Shown here piece after piece: positions 25,077 to 38,600 of a stretch of DNA of 64,000 nt. Location of the stretch: contig CM120649.1 of NCBI GenBank assembly GCA_051362555.1, forward strand, positions 10,354,001-10,418,000, in the 5' to 3' direction. Positions within the stretch are counted from its first letter, which is position 1, and the number at the start of each line of letters is the position of its first letter. The position numbers and the translations under genes are program-made. The DNA is from Lingula anatina. Taxonomy: Eukaryota > Animalia > Brachiopoda. Below the pieces are notes generated by a model, which was not told the origin of the DNA, ran no database searches, and saw only the letters and a list, made by a program, of their open reading frames with translations.

Positions 25077-26501
25077 TCATGCACCTGACAAATCATTTAA
25101 CAATGAACTTATAATAATTTCATAAATTCACAAACAACAATATTTAGTAATTAAAATAAATATCAGAATCACAGACAAAGACAGGCAAAAATACACAAAC
25201 ATATCTACATATTGCTACTTCAATTTGATATACTCGGGACACATAAGCATAATATCCAAACTGCCAAAGATGAAACAATATCATAAAATAATCCAATCAT
25301 GCTGTCAGGAATTAAAATTAAAATTAAAACAAAAAACAGTTTATCAGTTATAGGGTAAACAACAAATGTGTCACAAAGTGCTGACTATGGCAATGACACT
25401 GGACAGACACAGTGATCAGAATATAGACAGACTGAAAGTGTCTGTATATAATAAATATGTCATAAAATTTGTAATTGCAACCGAATGACCTCACAATAAC
25501 AGAGATCATCTATAACACATCATATCTGACCTGAAATATAAATTCATATTTAAACATTTTCACTGGTGCCCTTTTCTCTTCAGTGATGGCTTATTGTCTA
25601 CCACAATCTTGCTGTATATGCTACCTCTACTAGTACTGTAACAGTTTCCATGCATATGGGCAAAATTATTATAACACACCATGACTGAGCTGAAATATCA
25701 ATTCACTTTTAAACATTTCCATTGTGTCTATTTGTCTTCAGTGATAGAGTATTGTCTAACACAATCTCCTTGCTTTATATACCCTGCCTCTATAGTTTCC
25801 ATGCATATGGGGGAAATGGATTCTTTGTGTTACCTGGAACCCACATTTGTTGTGCAATTGTACTGTTCCATATAACTGGCTCTACAGGATCTGCATGTCA
25901 TCTTTGGGAGTCTTGTTCTAGGTGGTTCTGGCAGCACTCTCTCTCACTTAATATGAAATTGACCTCTTGGTCTGCCAGCAGCTTTTTACACAATTCCAGA
26001 AGTGTACTTGCTAAAAATGTAGATGAAATGAGTGTAACTGTTTGCAATGCAACTGGATCATCTCTGTAATATAGTGCAAACTATTGTTAGGAACCATCTA
26101 ATGATATACTATTCATATATATAGGATGCTTTTGTAAAATGCACAAAATTATTTTTGCATCACGATACTAGATATTTATTTGATACTGCTTATATGTAAT
26201 GGTGATCAAATTAAAATATAAGTATTCATTTTATGTGTTTTGTGTGTACAAGACGAACTGGTTCAAATTCTTAACAAATGACAGGTGTGATTAATAAAAC
26301 TATTTAATGACTATAAAAATTAAACTTACATTACAATTAAAGCAGTGAAACATTAATTTTAATAATAATAATCCATGCTTTCCACATTGAAATATCATTT
26401 CACCCCCCCCCTCCCCCAAAAAAATGTTACAATTTTGTGTCTCTACACAAAGGAAAGAGGGGAAACGAATTACCTATCAATCCTTACTTGTATATAAAAA
26501 A

Positions 26502-29128
26502 AACAAGGCAGCAAAGCTGTCAAATGTACAGACAAAAAACAGGAAATAACTATGCACAAAATAGGCTACTGTCAATTCTGATGCAAAAGTACATTATGTT
26601 AAACTGCAAATTCAACATCAAATTTTAATTATGCTCAAGGAGCACCCAAAATTGTGTTTTCTTCTATTCTGATGCAATATTACATAATGGTTAACAGCAT
26701 AATGACCGTCAATTTTTAATAATAAAATATACATGGATTTTCAGAAAATGTGACTAGCATGGGTCTTCAAGCCCGTGGAACTTCAAAGTTACACCTTGAA
26801 AATGCCAATATGTGAAAAATTAAATTTTCACAAAAAAACTGTTTAACTGGCAGTAAGAATTACCAAACAGACTGCATTGCCTACTGAAGCTGTATTTTAG
26901 TCCCATGTTTCTTTCCTGTAAGTTTGAGAACAGTAAGTGACATGGTTTTTCTTAAATGGTCATCATGGGGGCAGTGCCCAAAATAGTTTTTTTTTTTTCA
27001 AATTTTGATGCAATATTACATAATGTTTAACAGCATAATGATGAGTATTATGGATATTCAGAAAATGTTACTAGCAAAGGTCTTCAGGCCCATGGAACTT
27101 CAAAGTCACAACTTGAAAATGCCAAAATGTAAACAAGACAGCACTGTTCTGAATTTTTTTTTTCCATTTTTAACAATTTTTAACATAAAACAAAATTAAC
27201 AGTTTACTGCCGTTTTTATATGATCAACTAAAAAAATTGATGAGATGGGAAAAATATCAATAGAGCAGTGTTAAATGTCCAATTTCTTCCATTCTGAGAT
27301 TCTGAACATAGTGAATGTCAATGATTGAATCTGACAAACTGCAATGATATGAGTTTATTTCCATTTTTTGAAACTTTATTACACAATACAAGATAACAAG
27401 TTTACCATCATTTTTACATATGTTGTAAAGATGCAGGAAATGCCAAACAAACACTTTTACTTATCTTACTAATTAAATAATGAAACATGCATGTTAACAT
27501 GCCTAAGAATTAAATCTGAGGAAATGTGAAAAAACAGCATTTCTTCAAAATAATGGCCCAATTAAGCTGATTTTTAAACTCAACCTGCGTTTTAGCAGGA
27601 ATGACCACTCCTGTGAGTTTACTGACAATTGGCCTATCTGTTTTTCTTATTTTGTGTTTACAGTGTTGCATATATGCTGAAAAGTGAAAAAAAAAAGCAT
27701 AACTAAAATAGTGGCCCGATCATGCCTATTTTCTAACTTGACCTGCGTTATAGTAAGATTGATTACTCCTATGAGTTTCATGACAACAGGCCTAACGGTT
27801 TTCCTTGAAATGTGTTTACAGTGTTGCATATATGCTGAAAAGTGAAAAAACAGCATAAGTTCTACAATAATGGCCCGATCATGCTGATTTTCGGACTTGA
27901 CCTGCGTTTTATGGATATTCATCAGCTCTGTAAATATACAGCCAAAAAGTAAAACTGCCTTCCACTTATCGCGTTTACAATGAAAGTGCACGGCGACAGT
28001 GACAGTGACAGTGACGGCAACGCCAGCCACGACAGACGCAGGTGATGGCAATATGTACAGACACATCTGTACATATTTACTGTACTGTTTGAGAACAGTA
28101 AGTGACATGGTTTTTCTTAAATGGTCATCATGGGAGCAGTGCCCAAAATAAGTTTTTTTCAAATTTTGATGCAATATTACATAATGTTAAACAGCTTAAT
28201 GACCATCAATTTTTAATAATAAAATATTAGTATCATGGATATTCAGAAAATGTGACTAGCAAAGGTCTTCAGGCCCATGGAACTTCAAAGTCACAACTTG
28301 AAAATGCCAAAATGTAAACAAGACAGCACTGTTCTGAAATGTTTTTTTTTCCATTTTTAACAATTTTTTTAACATAAACAAAATTAACAGGTTACTGCCA
28401 TTTTTATACGATCAACTAAGAAAATTGATGAGATGGGAAAAATATCAATACAACAGTGTTAAATGTCCAATTTCCTCCATCCTGAGATTCTGAACATAGT
28501 GAATGATTGCATCTGACAAACTGCAATGATATGAGTTTATTTCCATTTTTGACACTTTATTACACAATACACGATAACAAGTTTACCATCATTTTTACAT
28601 AATCAACTAACAATTTTGTAAAGATTCAGGAAATGTCAAACAAACACTTTTATGTATCTTATTAGTAAAATAATAAGACTGTTAACATGCCTAAGAATTG
28701 AATCTGAGGAAATGTGAAAAAACAGCATAACTTCTAAAGTAATGGCCCGATCATGCCGATTTTCGAACTTGACCTGCGTTTTAGTAAGATTGATTACTCC
28801 TGTGAGTTTCATGACAACAGGCCTAACGGTGTTCCTTAAAATGTGTTTACAGGGTTGCATATATGCTGAAAAGTGAAAAAACAGCATAAGTTCTACAATA
28901 ATGGCCCGATCATGCTGATTTTCGAACTTGACCTGCGTTTTATGAATATTCATCAGCTCTGTAAATATAAAGCCAAAAAGTAAAACTGTCCTCCACTTAT
29001 CGTGTTTACAAGGAAAGTGCACGGCATCGGCGACGGCATCGGCATCGGCATCGGCATCGGCGACGGCATCGGCGACGACAGACGCAGGTGATGGCAATAT
29101 GTACAGACACATCTGTGTCTGTACATAA
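26502..29128 (-). mobile_element. HINE family 2, copy 1 (composite form)
   Basis: Ends are aacaaGGCAGC-aaa-GCTGTC plus sub-terminal ATGTACAGACA, and a (GGCGAC/GGCATC)n microsatellite followed by hairpin ATGTACAGACAC-atct-GTGTCTGTACAT. Internal repeats of about 160 bp; A-run flanks. Confidence 0.88.
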
Positions 29129-29159
29129 AAATGAAATAAAAAATAAAAAAAAAAACAGC

Positions 29160-29583
29160 CATACATTTTGTCTACTATTTCCAAGAGGTCCAGTTATCTG
29201 TTTACAATGGCTGTCCTGTCTCTGGCTGTTCATTCATCCTAAAACTTGCCACATCCCGTGTCTTGCACAACTGGGTGAGATGTAGATGTTCCTGCTGCTG
29301 CCTTTTTATGTCTGCTTCTTATAAAATACATTTCCCCCATGTCCAGCCAGGTAAAGTCAGTTCACCTAGAAGACAACATGCTGTATGGAGACTAGAGCTG
29401 GAAAAAGAGACATGGCAATGTATAAGTGAAGGAACACTAATTATCTTAACACACAAAAGAAAAGACAAAAACCTGACAGTCCACCAGAGCCAGTTGGGAA
29501 AAATATTAAAACTATGGTACACTGCCAAGTGCCCACCTTATATGGTAGACATCATTGTTGTGGTGATTGAACTGTGATAAGTT
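29160..29583. repeat. Non-coding segment duplicated at about 42570-42985
   Basis: Shares ccccatgtccagccaggtaaagtcagttcacctagaagaca and flanking blocks in order; weaker similarity at about 39255-39390. Confidence 0.8.
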
Positions 29584-31024
29584 AACAAGGCAGCAAAGCT
29601 GTCAAATGTACAGACAAAAAGCAGGAAATAACAAAACAGGCTACTGTCAATTTTGATGCAAAAGTACATTATGCTTAACTGCAAATTCAACATCAAATTT
29701 TAATTATGCTCAACAGGTATTACCAATGTAAGTGAAATGTGTAACAAGCGTAAGGCTTCAGGCCCATGGGAGTTTAAGTTCACACTTTGAAAATGCCAGA
29801 ATGAGAAAAATGAAAATTTCACATAAAACTGCTTAAATTCAATAATAAATGATAACCCATTTGAGCTGGCTTCCTTATTTGAACTGCATGCCAATCCTAC
29901 AAATCATATTTGTAAGTTGAAAATAATAATAAGTAACACAGTTTTCTTTTCATAATGTTTGTAGTAGCAGTGCAAAAAGATTTTTGTCAATTTTGATGTA
30001 ACATTACATAATAAATTACAGAATAATTATCACCAATTTTTGATTATTGACTATAAATAGCATGCACATGTAGAAAATTTGATTACCATTTGGCTTCATG
30101 TCCATGGGAGCTTCGAGTCCCACAATGAATATGCCAACATGATAAAAATGAATATTTCACTAAAATGTATAACTTCCAGAAAAAGAAGCCAATTAGACTG
30201 CTTTTCTAACTCAGGCTGCATTTTAGTCCTGTTTCTTTTTTGAAAGATTGACAATCATAAGTAACATGGTTCTCCCATAATGGTCATCATGGCAGCAGCA
30301 CCCAAAATTGTGTTTTCTTCTATTTTAATGCAATATTACATAATGCTTAACAGCATAATGACCATCAGTTTTTATTAATAAAAGATCCGTATCATGGATT
30401 TTCAGAAATGTGACTAGCATGGGTCTTCAAGCCGGTGGAGATTCTTAAGTCACACCTTGAAAATGCCAATATGTGAAAAATTAAACTTTCACAAAAAACT
30501 GATTAACTGCCAAAAAAATTTACCAAATAGACTGCATTGCCCACTGAAGCTTTATTTAAGTCCCATGTTTCTTCCTGTAAGTTTGAGAACAGTAAGTGAC
30601 ATGGTTTTCCTTAAATGGTCATCATGGGAGCAGTGTCCAAAATAGGGGTGTCTTCAAATTTTGATGCAATATTACATAATGTTTAACAGGATAATTACCA
30701 TCAATTTTTAATAATAAAATATTAGTATCATGGATATTCAGAAAATGTACCTAGCAAAGGTCTTCAGGCCCAAGGAACTTCAAAGTCACACCTTGAAAAT
30801 GCCAAAATGTAGACAAGACAGCACTGTCCTGAAATGTGTTTTTTTTTTTTCATTTTTAACAATTTTTTAACATATAACAAAATTAACAATTTACTGCCAT
30901 TTAAATATGATCAACTAAGAAAATTGATGAGATGGGAAAAATATCAATAGAACAGTGTTTAATGTCCAATTTCCTCCATTCTGAGTTTCTGAACATAGTG
31001 AATGAATGAATCTGACAAACTGCA

Positions 31025-34000
31025 ATGAGTTTATTTCCATTTTTGAAACTCTATTATACAATACATGATAATGATAGCAAGATAGAAATTCCAGGCTTTG
31101 TATCATACAGTAGTTGTAGGAAAAAATCAAAGAGAGCCAAGAGAAACTCAGGGGGGATTGTAGCATTTGTTAGAAAATCAGTGACTGCTGGAGTTACCAA
31201 GTTAGAAAGCAAGTGTGAAGATATTCTGATTCTAAAATTGAGCAAATTCTACTTTGGGTTTAGGCGTGATGTCATCCTTGTCACAGTCTACATAAGTCCC
31301 CCCAACTCTGTGATCAATGAAAATGCAGACCCATATGATAAACTTAAAGCTGAACTTACAACTGTGTCAGCTAACTGTGATATAATTATCCAAGGGGATT
31401 TCAATGCCAGAACGAAAGTTAACTCAGACTTTATCACAGATGACAGCACAGACTTAACCTTAATTTCTGGGGCCCATTATCTCAGTGATGCATACAACCC
31501 ACCCCCTCCTAGAAACTCAATGGACTCCCAAAAATCCAATGCATTTGGTGGAAAGCTGCTAGAGTTATGCAAAGATTGCAATTTAAGAATCTTAAATGGC
31601 CGTAAACTAGGTGATCTACTTGGCAAATATACTTGTTATCAACCAGCTGGTAACAGCGTTGTTGATTATGTCATCTGTAGTGCCACTTTGTACAGCACCA
31701 TCCCATACTTTCACGTCAATGATCTGTCAATATTTTCTGACCACGCCCTACTTGAACTTAAACTGTACTGCAAAACTACTTACAACAAACATACAAAATC
31801 AATTCAGCTGATACCAAAGCCAACTAAATTCATTTGGGAAAATAATTCTCATATTAAATTTGTTGAGGCCCTGGGTAACATGGAATCAAAACAAAAGGTT
31901 GATTACTTTATGTCACAAGCTCTCTCTCCTGAAGAGGCATTACCCTTAGTAAATGAAATATTCACAACTGCAGCTGAAAGGGCTCTTAAATCAAGAAAAT
32001 ACACCTCAGTCCACCCTCGAAAAAACAAGAAAAGGGCAACATGGTACAGCAATGACTTAAAATCTCTGAGGTCCCACTTAAAAAACTTAGCAAAACTTAG
32101 GAGCAAGAAACCCTTTGACAATTCAGTCAATGCATCATACTACCAAACATTCAATCGTTATAAGAGAGGATGTAAGAAAGCAAAAAAAGAATATAAAAAA
32201 GGCCTACTTCAAAAGTTGCAATCCATGGAAAATGCAAATCCCAAATGTTTCTGGAAAGCGGTTAAAGATTTAAATATGGAGTCTACACAAACTGAATTTA
32301 TTGAACCAAGTGAATTTTATGAGTATTTTAAAAGTCTTTGTGAGGAAACTGAATCAAGTAAACATAACTTTGATAAAGACTTCAAGCTTAAAATAGAAAA
32401 TAAACTAAGGCAAAGTGAAATGAATTCTCCAGACAGAACTGCACTTGACCATGACATTAGTGCTGATGAGATCATGAGCAATATAAAAAAATTGAAAAAT
32501 GGCAAATCAACAGGGGAAGACAAGGTAACCAACGAAATGATAAAATCAGGGAAGGATTATCTTATAGATGTAATTGTAAAATTGTTCAATATCATATACA
32601 AAAGTGCTAAGTACCCATCAATATGGAACAAGGCATATATAGTCCCTATCCACAAATCTGGTGATGAATCAAATGTTAACAACTACAGGGGAATATCTAT
32701 TACAAGCTGCCTCGGAAAGCTGTACAACTCGGTCCTGTTAAACAGAATTCAAGCACACGCATCCCAACAAGGGGTACCCCTACCTCATCAAACTGGGTTT
32801 AAACATGGTCATGGTACTTCAGATAATATCTTTATATTTAAGTCCATTATTACAAAATTTATGAAAGGAAAGAAAAAATTATACACATGTTTCATTGACT
32901 TTTCAAAAGCATTCGATAGTGTTTGGAGGAACGGACTACTGTTCAAGCTAAGTACTCTAGGAATAAGAGGACTTATGTACAAAAACATTAAAAGCATGTA
33001 TGAAAACTCCCAAGCATGTGTTAAGACAAGTAGTGGTATATCCCCGGCCTTTAATACAACACTAGGTGTAAAACAAGGTGACACATTGAGCCCATTTCTT
33101 TTTAATATTTTTATTGACGACCTTCTTAGATCAATTGATAGCGAAAGTGCTGCAAGTCCAGATATAAATGGAATACTAATACAAGGTTTACTCTATGCTG
33201 ATGACCTCATTCTTATGTCCAAGACCCCCAATGGGCTAAGGCAAAGTTTGGAAATAGTAGAAAATTTCTGTAACAAGTGGAGACTGACTGTAAATGTCAC
33301 CAAAACTAAAATAGTTATTTTCAACTCAAAATCAAAAGCTCACAGTGAAAAATTTTTTCTGTATGGAAAACCAATCCAAGAGGTCAACAAATACATGTAT
33401 CTAGGTCTCCTTCTAAATCGATCAGGAAGCTTTACAGAAACCAAAAATAATCTCCTACAACGTGCTACAAAGGCATTCTTCAGTCTGTCCAAGTCTCTTC
33501 CACTTCAGAGTAATGTTAACACATCCTTAAAAGAGAAATTATTTGATACCCTCATTTCCCCAATCCTTACATATTGCTCAGAGATATGGGGCTACTCGGT
33601 GTCAACGGATAACTGCCCTACAGAAAAGTTGCACTTAAAATTTTGCAAACAAATCCTTGGCCTCCATCAAAACGTATCAAACTATGGTGTATACACTGAA
33701 CTTGGCCGCCTTCCCCTCTATACCAAAATACAGTTTGCATCTGTCAAACTATGGTGTAAAATTATTCAAATGTCTGATGCTACACTAATGAAACAAGCAT
33801 ACATACAAGAGATAAATAGTTACAAGTTGCTGACACCCTATGTCCCACCCGCAGTCCACACACTCAGACCAGCTTGTATGTCATGGTCTGAGGGTATCCG
33901 AAAAATCCTTTTCACATTTGGCCTTGGTGATGTGTGGCTTAGCCAGTCACCTCCAAAAAACTTCACCACAATTTTCAAACAAAGACAAACTGACCACTTT

Positions 34001-34462
34001 ACCCAAATATGCAATAGCAAACTTCATGCCAACAGTAAATTATCTCTTTTCCGTATACTTAACCAAAAGTGTGAAAGGGCAACTTATGTTGATAAAATAA
34101 CAAATTACAACACCTTATCAACCCTTGCTAAACTACGTCTTAGTGACCATAAACTCCACATTGAAACTGGGCGGCACACCAGGCCAAAAACTGAAAGGTG
34201 CGACAGAATCTGTCGCCTGTGCACACAAGGGGTAATTCAGGATGAATACCATTTTATATTCCAATGCCCAATGTACAAAACAGACCGAGTCACCTTTTTC
34301 AGTAAAACCTCATTCCTAAAAGCTGATTCAAGGCCACCAGACAGTCAATTATGCCATGTATTTAACAGTGCCAACAAAGATACTTTAGTGTCCCTCTCCA
34401 ACTTTATAATCAAATCATTTAAGAAAAGAAGTGAAGTGGTTGCTCTGCTTGGTAACTCTTAG
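31025..34462 (+). CDS. LINE ORF2: partial APE endonuclease, reverse transcriptase and C-terminal Cys/His finger (RTEX-like)
   Basis: SGG, GDFNAR, DY and SDH (APE); YRGIS, QTGF, FIDFSKAFD, GVKQGDTLSP, LYADD and YLG (RT); HKLHIETGRH..CRLC..DEYHFIFQC. The first 16 codons come from the flanking HINE. Confidence 0.95.
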   Translation: MSLFPFLKLYYTIHDNDSKIEIPGFVSYSSCRKKSKRAKRNSGGIVAFVRKSVTAGVTKLESKCEDILILKLSKFYFGFRRDVILVTVYISPPNSVINENADPYDKLKAELTTVSANCDIIIQGDFNARTKVNSDFITDDSTDLTLISGAHYLSDAYNPPPPRNSMDSQKSNAFGGKLLELCKDCNLRILNGRKLGDLLGKYTCYQPAGNSVVDYVICSATLYSTIPYFHVNDLSIFSDHALLELKLYCKTTYNKHTKSIQLIPKPTKFIWENNSHIKFVEALGNMESKQKVDYFMSQALSPEEALPLVNEIFTTAAERALKSRKYTSVHPRKNKKRATWYSNDLKSLRSHLKNLAKLRSKKPFDNSVNASYYQTFNRYKRGCKKAKKEYKKGLLQKLQSMENANPKCFWKAVKDLNMESTQTEFIEPSEFYEYFKSLCEETESSKHNFDKDFKLKIENKLRQSEMNSPDRTALDHDISADEIMSNIKKLKNGKSTGEDKVTNEMIKSGKDYLIDVIVKLFNIIYKSAKYPSIWNKAYIVPIHKSGDESNVNNYRGISITSCLGKLYNSVLLNRIQAHASQQGVPLPHQTGFKHGHGTSDNIFIFKSIITKFMKGKKKLYTCFIDFSKAFDSVWRNGLLFKLSTLGIRGLMYKNIKSMYENSQACVKTSSGISPAFNTTLGVKQGDTLSPFLFNIFIDDLLRSIDSESAASPDINGILIQGLLYADDLILMSKTPNGLRQSLEIVENFCNKWRLTVNVTKTKIVIFNSKSKAHSEKFFLYGKPIQEVNKYMYLGLLLNRSGSFTETKNNLLQRATKAFFSLSKSLPLQSNVNTSLKEKLFDTLISPILTYCSEIWGYSVSTDNCPTEKLHLKFCKQILGLHQNVSNYGVYTELGRLPLYTKIQFASVKLWCKIIQMSDATLMKQAYIQEINSYKLLTPYVPPAVHTLRPACMSWSEGIRKILFTFGLGDVWLSQSPPKNFTTIFKQRQTDHFTQICNSKLHANSKLSLFRILNQKCERATYVDKITNYNTLSTLAKLRLSDHKLHIETGRHTRPKTERCDRICRLCTQGVIQDEYHFIFQCPMYKTDRVTFFSKTSFLKADSRPPDSQLCHVFNSANKDTLVSLSNFIIKSFKKRSEVVALLGNS

Positions 34463-34894
34463 CATATCCCTTAAAATGTCAGTGTATGGTCCCACTGTTG
34501 TGAGAAGTGACTCGGCAGTGGGACTGAACATGGCACAATATTTATATCTGTGTAACTTATTTACTTATATGTCTTATGTAATTGTCATTAATCGTAATTA
34601 TCAATGTCATCAAGCAGCCATGTAAACAGCTATGTAACGGTGGTTTTAAGTTCTTTAAAAACATATTCTCTTTGTGTAACATGTTTATAGTATGTTTATG
34701 GTAAATTTATAATCACACCAAGGTTCATCTCATTGCTTAGATAGAATATTTTATGAGTAATTTTACTAGTACTTATCTTCATTATATAAAGATGGTAATA
34801 CACTAACTGTATTGTATCGTCATTTGTATATCATATTGTACAAGGTCATGACAATCTATGTACCAGTACAGAAATAAATTGAATTGAATTGAAT
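31072..34894 (+). mobile_element. 5'-truncated non-LTR retrotransposon (RTEX-like)
   Basis: TSD tgataa at 31066-31071 and 34895-34900; AATAAA followed by a (TTGAA)n tail; the empty site is visible in HINE copy 3 near 37690. Confidence 0.92.
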
Positions 34895-35633
34895 TGATAA
34901 CAAGTTTACCATCATTTTTACATAATCAACTAACAATGCTGTAAAGATGCAGGAAATGTCAAACAAACACTTTTACTAATCTTATTAGTTAAATAATGAG
35001 ACTGTTAACATGCCGAAGAATTGAATCTGAGGAAATGTGAAAAAACAGCATAACTTATAAAATAATGGCCCGATTATGCTGATTTTCGAACTTGACCTGC
35101 ATTTTAGTAAGATTGATTACTCCTGTGAATTTCATGACAACAGGTCTATCGGTTTTCCTTGAAATGTGTTAACAGTGTTGCACATATGCTGAAAAGTGAA
35201 TAAAACAGCATAACTACTAAAATAGTGGCCCGATCATGCCGATTTTCGAACTTGATCTGCGTTTTAGTAAGATTGATAACTCCTGTGAGTTTCATGACAA
35301 CAGGCCTATCGGTTTTCCTTGACATGTGTTAACAGTGTTGCATATATGCTAAAAAGTGAAAAAACAGGATAAATTCTACAATAATGGCCCGATCATGCTG
35401 ATTTTCGAACTTGACCTGCGTTTTATGAATATTAGTCAGCTCTGTAAATATAAAGCCAAAAAGTAAAACTGTCTTTCACTTATGGTGTTAACGCTGAAAG
35501 TGCACGGCGACGGCGACGGCGACGGCGACGACAGACGCAGGTGATGGCAATATGTACAGACACATCTGTGTCTGTACATAAAAATGACCTTTGCCTTTTG
35601 GAGGCTGCTGGACACAATTGTGACTGCTGAGAC

Positions 35634-38600
35634 CAGGGCTCGGAATCTCGAAAGGTTCGCTATGTTGCGCACACTCTAGCATGGCTAGCGTGCGCTATCC
35701 CCTATCTCGAAAGAATCGCTATTTTGAGCGCCTGCGCTAGCATGGCTAGCGTGCGCTATCCCGTATCTCGAAAGCTTCGCAAATCCCGGCCGTGCGCTAA
35801 TGTCCAAATCGCCATTAGTTTCGAGGCTATTATTTGCGGTGATACAAACTAGTCGCAAAGGCCTCTGTGAATGCAAAATTTGTCATTTTAATGTGTCTTT
35901 CATGTAATTAAACATGGTGGCAAGTTTGGGTTGCTAGTCATAATAGCATATAATAAAACATATAACAAAAACATGGAAGCTTTTGATTGATTGAATCACT
36001 GGTACCTCTGATAGAAAAACTTGCGGTAAATATTCACGTGAAGAATGCCAAAGTCATGTTTTATTATGCAGAAAAATTTCAAAATTAAACATTTCATACA
36101 TCATTTTATATTTTCTGGTGCATTTCATTCATCTGTGTAGTCTATTGATAATAATAATAAATTTAAAAGTGTCATTTTCCACACAAAATGAACAAGGCAG
36201 CAAAGCTGTCAAATGTACAGACAAAAGCAGACAATAACAATGCACAAAACAGGCTGTCAATTCTGATGCAAAAGTACATTATGCTTAACTGCAAATTCAA
36301 CATCAAATTTTAATTATGCTCAACAGGTAATACCAATGTAAGTGAAATGTGAAACAAGCGTAAGGCTTCGGGCCCATGGGAATTTAAGTTCACACTTTGA
36401 ATATGCCAGAATGAGAAAAATGAAAATTTCACATAAAACTGCTTAAATTCAATAATAAATGATAACCCATTTGAGCTGGTTTTCTTATTTGAACTGCATG
36501 CCAATCCTACAAATCATACTTGTAAGTTGAAAATACTAATAAGTAACACAGTTTTCTTTTCATAATGTTTGTAGTAGCAGGGCAAAAAGATTTTTGTCAA
36601 TTTTGATGTAACATTACATAATAAATTACAGAATAATTATCACCAATTTTTGATTATTGACTATAAATAGCATGGACATGTACAAAATTTGATTACCATT
36701 TGGCTTCATGTCCATAGGAGCTTCGAGTCCCACAATGAATATGCCAACATGATAAAAATGAATATTTCACTAAAATGTATAACTTCCAGAAAAAGAAGCC
36801 AATTAGACTGCTTTTTCAGCTCAGGCTGCATTTTAGTCCTTTGTTTCTTTTTTGAAAGTTTGACAATCATAAGTAACATGGTTTTCCCATAATGGTCATC
36901 ATGGCAGCAGCACCCAAAATTGTGTTTTCTTCTATTTTAATGCAATATTACATAATGCTTAACAGCATAATGACCATCAGTTTTTAATAATAAAAGATCC
37001 GTATCATGGATTTTCAGAAAATGTGATTAGCATGGGTCTTCAAGCTCGTGGAGGTTCTTAAGTCACACCTTGAAAATGCCAATATGTGAAAAATTAAATT
37101 TTCACAAAAAAAAAAAAAAAAAAGTTGAACTGCCAGAAAAATTTACCAAACAAACTGCATTGCCCACTGAAGCTTTATTTAAGTCCCATGTTTCTTTCCT
37201 GTAAGTTTGAGAACAGTAAGTGACATGGTTTTCCTTAAATGGTCATCATGGGAGCAGTGTCCAAAATAGGGGTGTCTTCAAATTTTGATGCAATATTACA
37301 TAATGTTTAACAGGATAATTACCATCAATTTTTAATAATAAAATATTAGTATCATGGATATTCAGAAAATGTTCCTAGCAAAGGTCTTCAGGCCCAAGGA
37401 ACTTCAAAGTCACACCTTGAAAATGCCAAAATGTAGACAAGACAGCACTGTCCTGAAATGTTTTTTTCCATTTTTAACAATTTTTTAACATATAACAAAA
37501 TTAACAATTTACTGCCATTTTTATATGATCAACTAAGAAAATTGATGAGATAGGAAAAATATCAATAGAACAGTGTTAAATGTCCAATTTCCTCCATTCT
37601 GAGATTCTGAACATAGTGAATGAATGAATCTGACAAACTGCAATGATACGAGTTTATTTCCATTTTTGAAACTCTATTATATAATACATGATAACAAGTT
37701 TACCATCATTTTTACATTATCAACTAACAATGTTGTAAAGATGCAGGAAATGTCAAACAAACACTTTTACGAATCTTATTAGTTAAATAATGAGACTGTT
37801 AACATGCCTAAGAATTTAATCTGAGGAAATGTGAAAAAACAGCATAACTTATAAAATAATGGCCTGATTATGCTGATTTTCGAACTTGACCTGCGTTTTA
37901 GTAAGATTAATTACTCCTGTGAGTTTCATGACAACAGGTCTATCGGTTTTCCTTGAAATGTGTTAACAGTGTTGCACATATGCTGAAAAGTGAAAAAAAC
38001 AGCATAACTACTAAAATAGTGGCCCGATCATGCTGATTTTCGAACTTGATCTGCGTTTTAGTAAGATTGATTACTCCTGTGAGTTTCATGACAACAGGCC
38101 TATCGGTTTTCCTTGAAATGTGTTAACAGTGTTGTATATATGCTAAAAAGTGAAAAAACAGCATAAATTCTACAATAATGGCCCGATCATGCTGATTTTC
38201 AAACTTGACCTGCGTTTTATGAATATTACTCAGCTCTGTAAATATTAAGCCAAAAAGTAAAACTGTCTTCCACTTATGGTGTTAACGCTGAAAGTGCACG
38301 GCGACGGCGACATGATCGGCGACGGCGACGGCGACGGCGACGACAGACACAGGTGATGGCAATATGTACAGACACATCTGTGTCTGTACATAAAAAGCAG
38401 AAACAAAGCATTCGGTCGCACCGTCACCTTCCTCAATGTCTATTATTGTGAGACTGAACACTACTCACCAATGTGTCAGTAATTGTGTCAGTCCAAGCTT
38501 CGCTTATTGAATTGTTTTTTGACATTTTATTGGTGTCAAATACTTCAAATATCAGTATTTGTAATTATGATATTCCTATAAATAAAAACAACCTCTTGAT

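Larger units (their letters stand above)
29584..35582 (-). mobile_element. HINE family 2, copy 2 (interrupted by a LINE)
   Basis: Same termini as copy 1; colinear with copy 3 once 31072-34900 is removed. Confidence 0.88.
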
